NCBI RefSeq assembly: GCF_001481685.1
Contig: NZ_CP006867.1
Span: 810,001 to 842,000 of the forward strand
Reading direction: 5' to 3'
Origin: Ignicoccus islandicus DSM 13165
GTDB taxonomy: Archaea; Thermoproteota; Thermoprotei_A; Sulfolobales; Ignicoccaceae
DNA length: 32,000 bases
Positions within the stretch are counted from its first letter, which is position 1; each line of letters opens with the position of its first letter. The notes below the pieces were generated by a model, which worked only from the letters and a program-made list of their open reading frames with translations, had not been told where the DNA came from and searched no databases. Below are positions 28,513 to 32,000 of the stretch, in pieces. The position numbers were made by a program, and so were the translations under genes.

Positions 28513-30497
28513 GATCTGGAGAGTGTACCATGGGACTAAAGGCAGCGCTTTTTCCAGACAGAATGTATAAAGTGCGAGCAATGGTCATTAAAGAGAAAGC
28601 TGACAAGCTAGTTGAACTGCTAGGCGAACTCCAAAGCTTCGAACCCGCCGAACCCAAGGTACCTTTCGGCAGACCCATTGAATGGGCGCGCCACGATTTG
28701 CTCGTAATCTTGGACCATTTGAACAAGTTCGAGCAATACCTAGAGTACTTCGAACTCAGCATCTTCCCCGAACCCGAGCAAGTATACAAGTTCAAGAGCT
28801 GGAAGGAGGCTTCCGAGGAAGCTATTAGAAAGGCTAAGGAAGTGGAAAAGGAGTTCGAAGAGAGATTAAGTAAGATTAAAGAAATAGAAGGCAAGATCTT
28901 CGAACTCAGCGCGCTCCTAAGCAAGCCCCAGTTGGTACCGGGCGAGGCCGTGAAGAAGTTAAAGGAAATAGTAGGCGATATGGTAGTTGAGAGACTCCCC
29001 GCGGAATTACAGACGGACTTAGTGGTCCTAGACGCTACTGCCAAGGAACTCTTGAAATTAACAGAGGAATTCGTGAGGAAGCTCGCTCTCAAGCTAATGA
29101 AGGTGCTCGAAGAGGAGAAGAGAGGGATTTTCGAAGAAGCCAGGCTTTGGGCTTTGGACAACGAAGGCAAGATCGCCGATACCTACGCTCTGTTGAAAAC
29201 CGTTGAATCCTCATTAAAGGTGCTATCTAAAGCTAGAGAAACGGAGTACGTTATCTATATAGAGGGATACGTTCCCGAAAGTAAAGTAGCTAGGACCTTG
29301 AGGAGAATCGAGGAGCTAATAGGCGAGGGAGGCTTCGCATTAGTACACCAAGTCGACCTAGACGAAGAAACCCCTCCGACTTACGTCAACATCGAGAACG
29401 ATAAAGTTGAAACTGCACTAAAGGTAGGTAACATATACGGTGCCCCCCATCCCAATGAGTTCGTACCAGCTGTAATAATGGCCTTTACTTTGCCGTTCAT
29501 TTACATGTTCATGTTCCCGGACTGGGGTCACGCGTTAGTTTTGTACCTCTTCGGCTGGGGCCTGATTAATAGGAGAGAATGGGCTCTAGCGGTCTTTAAG
29601 CCCTTCGGCTTGAGGAGATTTACCGAAGGCACTGATTTCCTAGGTAAACTAATGATCATACTCGGAAGCGCGTCTATAATTACTGGTTGGCTTGCCGGCG
29701 AGTTCTTCGGGCCTCTAATAGGAGAGAGCCCCATAGATCCAGCTATATGGCTCTGGAAGGGATTAGGTCTACACTCCCCACCGCTCACTTTCGAGATACA
29801 CTACTTGGGCGACACCGTACTCAAGTACGTACTGCTGAGCATAACTATTGGTTACTTCCATCTACTAATAGGTCACCTAATAGGAATAATCAACGAACTT
29901 AGGTTCGGTAGAAAGTGGAAGGCGTACCATTACGTACTACCGTTCATGATAATGTACTTGGCAGCTGGAGCCCCCTTCGTTGCTGGCTTCTTCGCCAGCG
30001 GACTCGGTAGCGACATCGAGCAAATGATGTACTTAAGCGGTAAGTTCTTCAGCGAATGGATGTTTGACATGAAGGCAGGGACCATAGGGCCTCTGCTAGT
30101 AGTCTTCATCCTTGCTCTACTATGGAGAGGATACGGTATTCACTTAGAGCTCGTTCACGAGCACGGAAAGAGCGAAGCGTCGATACTCGGTATGGAGCTG
30201 TTCGATAACTTCCTGCTAGTAATCAGTAACACAGTGTCTTACCTCAGGATTATGGCGCTCGCACTGGCGCACTGGGGTCTAGTCTTCGCCTTCCAAGTAA
30301 TCGGTGAGATAGGAGGTCCAGTGCTCCTAGCAATACTATACGTGCTCGCTAACATACTAGTAATAATGTTAGAAGGCCTGATAAGCTTCATCCACGACAT
30401 AAGGCTTCACTTCTACGAATGGTTCACTAAGTTCTATAATGACAGAGGGAGGATGTTCGAACCAGTTAAACAAGTAGCTAGAGTAAGAATAGAGTAA
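28509..30497 (+). CDS. A-type (V-type-like) ATP synthase subunit I / 116 kDa family
   Basis: RMYKVRAMVIKEK N-terminus, EETPPTYVNIENDKVETALKVGNIYGAPHPNEFVP, MFPDWGHALVLYLFG, FLLVISNTVSYLRIMALALAHWGL. Real start likely the ATG at 28530. Confidence 0.93.
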   Translation: MRSGECTMGLKAALFPDRMYKVRAMVIKEKADKLVELLGELQSFEPAEPKVPFGRPIEWARHDLLVILDHLNKFEQYLEYFELSIFPEPEQVYKFKSWKEASEEAIRKAKEVEKEFEERLSKIKEIEGKIFELSALLSKPQLVPGEAVKKLKEIVGDMVVERLPAELQTDLVVLDATAKELLKLTEEFVRKLALKLMKVLEEEKRGIFEEARLWALDNEGKIADTYALLKTVESSLKVLSKARETEYVIYIEGYVPESKVARTLRRIEELIGEGGFALVHQVDLDEETPPTYVNIENDKVETALKVGNIYGAPHPNEFVPAVIMAFTLPFIYMFMFPDWGHALVLYLFGWGLINRREWALAVFKPFGLRRFTEGTDFLGKLMIILGSASIITGWLAGEFFGPLIGESPIDPAIWLWKGLGLHSPPLTFEIHYLGDTVLKYVLLSITIGYFHLLIGHLIGIINELRFGRKWKAYHYVLPFMIMYLAAGAPFVAGFFASGLGSDIEQMMYLSGKFFSEWMFDMKAGTIGPLLVVFILALLWRGYGIHLELVHEHGKSEASILGMELFDNFLLVISNTVSYLRIMALALAHWGLVFAFQVIGEIGGPVLLAILYVLANILVIMLEGLISFIHDIRLHFYEWFTKFYNDRGRMFEPVKQVARVRIE

Positions 30498-30586
30498 TTT
30501 TTTTCCACACATTTAACTATACTGCTTTATGTAACAAATACAAATATATACTCGATATTCTCCCTCATTTCGCTGGGTTTAGTAGG

Positions 30587-31720
30587 TTGGTAATCAAGCC
30601 TGGGAAATACTTCGAAAGCGGTGCTTGGGCGGCCGCAATGGGCGCCTTAGTAGCGGGCGCCAACTTCTTTGCTTACTATCCAATAGAACCGGCGACTGAC
30701 ATTGCGGAGGAAATGGTCAAGCTCGGACCAAGGAACGGTATGGTTATCTTTGAAGCGGAGGACGAAATTTCGGCCTTAGGTGCTGCGATAGGCGCTTCTT
30801 GGGCTGGAGCGAAGGCTTTCACCTCAACCAGCGGACCCGGTTTCAGTTTGATGCAAGAGCACATTTCCTATGCTGCAATGACCGAGACTCCAGTTGTTCT
30901 AATTAATGGAATGAGAGAGGGCCCTAGCACTGGTCAAGCGACTAAAGCTGCACAGCAAGACGTCATGCAGGCTAAGTGGGGAGGACACGGAGACTACGAG
31001 GTAATCGTTTACGCTCCTTACAACGTCCAAGAGATGTTCGATTTCACGATAAAGGCCTTCAACCAAGCGGAAAGGTGGAGAGTACCTGCAATGGTAATGG
31101 CGGACAAGATGACAGTTCTCCTTATGGAAGAAATTACCATACCGAGGGAGGTCGAAATAGTTAATAGAAAGAGGCCTAAGGTCCCTCCGGAACAGTTCGA
31201 ACCCTTTAGACCGGAAGAGGACCTCGTCCCGCCAATGCCCGTCTTTGGCGAAGGCTATAGAGTTCACGTAACTGGCGTCACCCATAACGAAAAGGGCCTT
31301 CCAGTAAGCGACGATCCTTGGGTTCACCACGAACTAGTTAAGAGGCTCTGCGATAAGATAAGGAAGAACAGGGATCAGATAGTTGAATACGAACTAGTAG
31401 GTTCGAACGTACCCGAAGTACTCATAGTAGCCTATGGATTCCCCGCTAGGGCCGCTAAGGAAGCGGTGAACATCCTCCTAGATAGAGGAATACCTGCTGC
31501 CCTATTCAGACCTAAGACGCTATGGCCGTTCCCAGACAAGGAGTTAAAGTCGGTAGCCAGCAAGGCGAGGAAGGTAATAGTTGTAGAATGGAACTACGGG
31601 CAAATGTTAAACGAAGTTTTGAAGGTTGTACCTGAAGAGAAGGTAAGTTTCGTTTATAGGATTGGTGAAATACCCATACCTCCTCAAGATATCCTTCGCG
31701 AAGGAGGTGTTTACATATGA
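30587..31720 (+). CDS. 2-oxoacid:ferredoxin oxidoreductase alpha subunit (2-oxoglutarate or pyruvate type)
   Basis: GANFFAYYPIEPATDIAEEM, ALGAAIGASWAGAKAFTSTSGPGFSLMQE, TGQATKAAQQDVMQAKWGGHGDY. Confidence 0.9.
   Translation: MVIKPGKYFESGAWAAAMGALVAGANFFAYYPIEPATDIAEEMVKLGPRNGMVIFEAEDEISALGAAIGASWAGAKAFTSTSGPGFSLMQEHISYAAMTETPVVLINGMREGPSTGQATKAAQQDVMQAKWGGHGDYEVIVYAPYNVQEMFDFTIKAFNQAERWRVPAMVMADKMTVLLMEEITIPREVEIVNRKRPKVPPEQFEPFRPEEDLVPPMPVFGEGYRVHVTGVTHNEKGLPVSDDPWVHHELVKRLCDKIRKNRDQIVEYELVGSNVPEVLIVAYGFPARAAKEAVNILLDRGIPAALFRPKTLWPFPDKELKSVASKARKVIVVEWNYGQMLNEVLKVVPEEKVSFVYRIGEIPIPPQDILREGGVYI
31701..31709 (+). promoter_or_regulatory. Shine-Dalgarno for the beta subunit gene
   Basis: AAGGAGGTG 7 nt upstream of the ATG at 31717. 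Confidence 0.7.
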
Positions 31721-32000
31721 GCCTTGAAGAAGCTAGGAGGAAGTTAACTCAAATGCCCCAAATGGAGCTCGCCAGGGCAGAGGCCTTACCTCACACCCTC
31801 TGTCCCGGGTGTGGAATAGGGACTATATTGAACACGTTCATTAGAGCCATGGACGAACTAGCGAAAGAGGGTAAACTAGATCCAAACAAGCTAGTCGTAG
31901 TATCCGGAATAGGGTGCTCTGGCAGAATAAGTGGCTTCATTAAGGCGGATTCAATGCACACCACCCATGGAAGGCCAATTGCTTTCGCAACCGGTATCAA
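31717..32000 (+). CDS. 2-oxoacid:ferredoxin oxidoreductase beta subunit, partial (runs off the window end)
   Basis: MSLEEARRKLTQMPQMELARAEALPHTLCPGCGIGTIL...VSGIGCSGRISGFIKADSMHTTHGRPIAFATGI; ATGA overlap with the alpha subunit. Confidence 0.92.
   Translation, partial: MSLEEARRKLTQMPQMELARAEALPHTLCPGCGIGTILNTFIRAMDELAKEGKLDPNKLVVVSGIGCSGRISGFIKADSMHTTHGRPIAFATGI

Overview
The window looks like a hyperthermophilic crenarchaeal chromosome. Gene content suggests Desulfurococcales, possibly Ignicoccus-like, but this is inferred from protein motifs only. Most of it is compact housekeeping DNA: a proteasome beta subunit lacking Thr1, hypA, ilvC, a thermosome subunit, an SQR/FCC-like flavoprotein, gatE, carAB, tRNA-Ile(GAU), a DUF1464-like gene, argF, PEP synthase, MFS transporters, an acyl-CoA-synthetase-like gene, A-type ATPase subunit I, and 2-oxoacid:ferredoxin oxidoreductase alpha plus partial beta. 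The accessory part is ~22.2-27.2 kb. An intact tRNA-Thr(GGU) at 27171-27244 and a 43-bp exact copy of its 3' portion at 22210-22252 bracket a ~5 kb, partly AT-rich island. The island holds a permuted-order DNA methyltransferase, an adjacent ORF with a possible D...ExR nuclease-like motif (candidate restriction-modification pair), a frameshifted small gene, a decayed 5' copy of the neighbouring acyl-CoA-synthetase gene, and ~500 bp of unexplained non-coding DNA. No integrase is visible.
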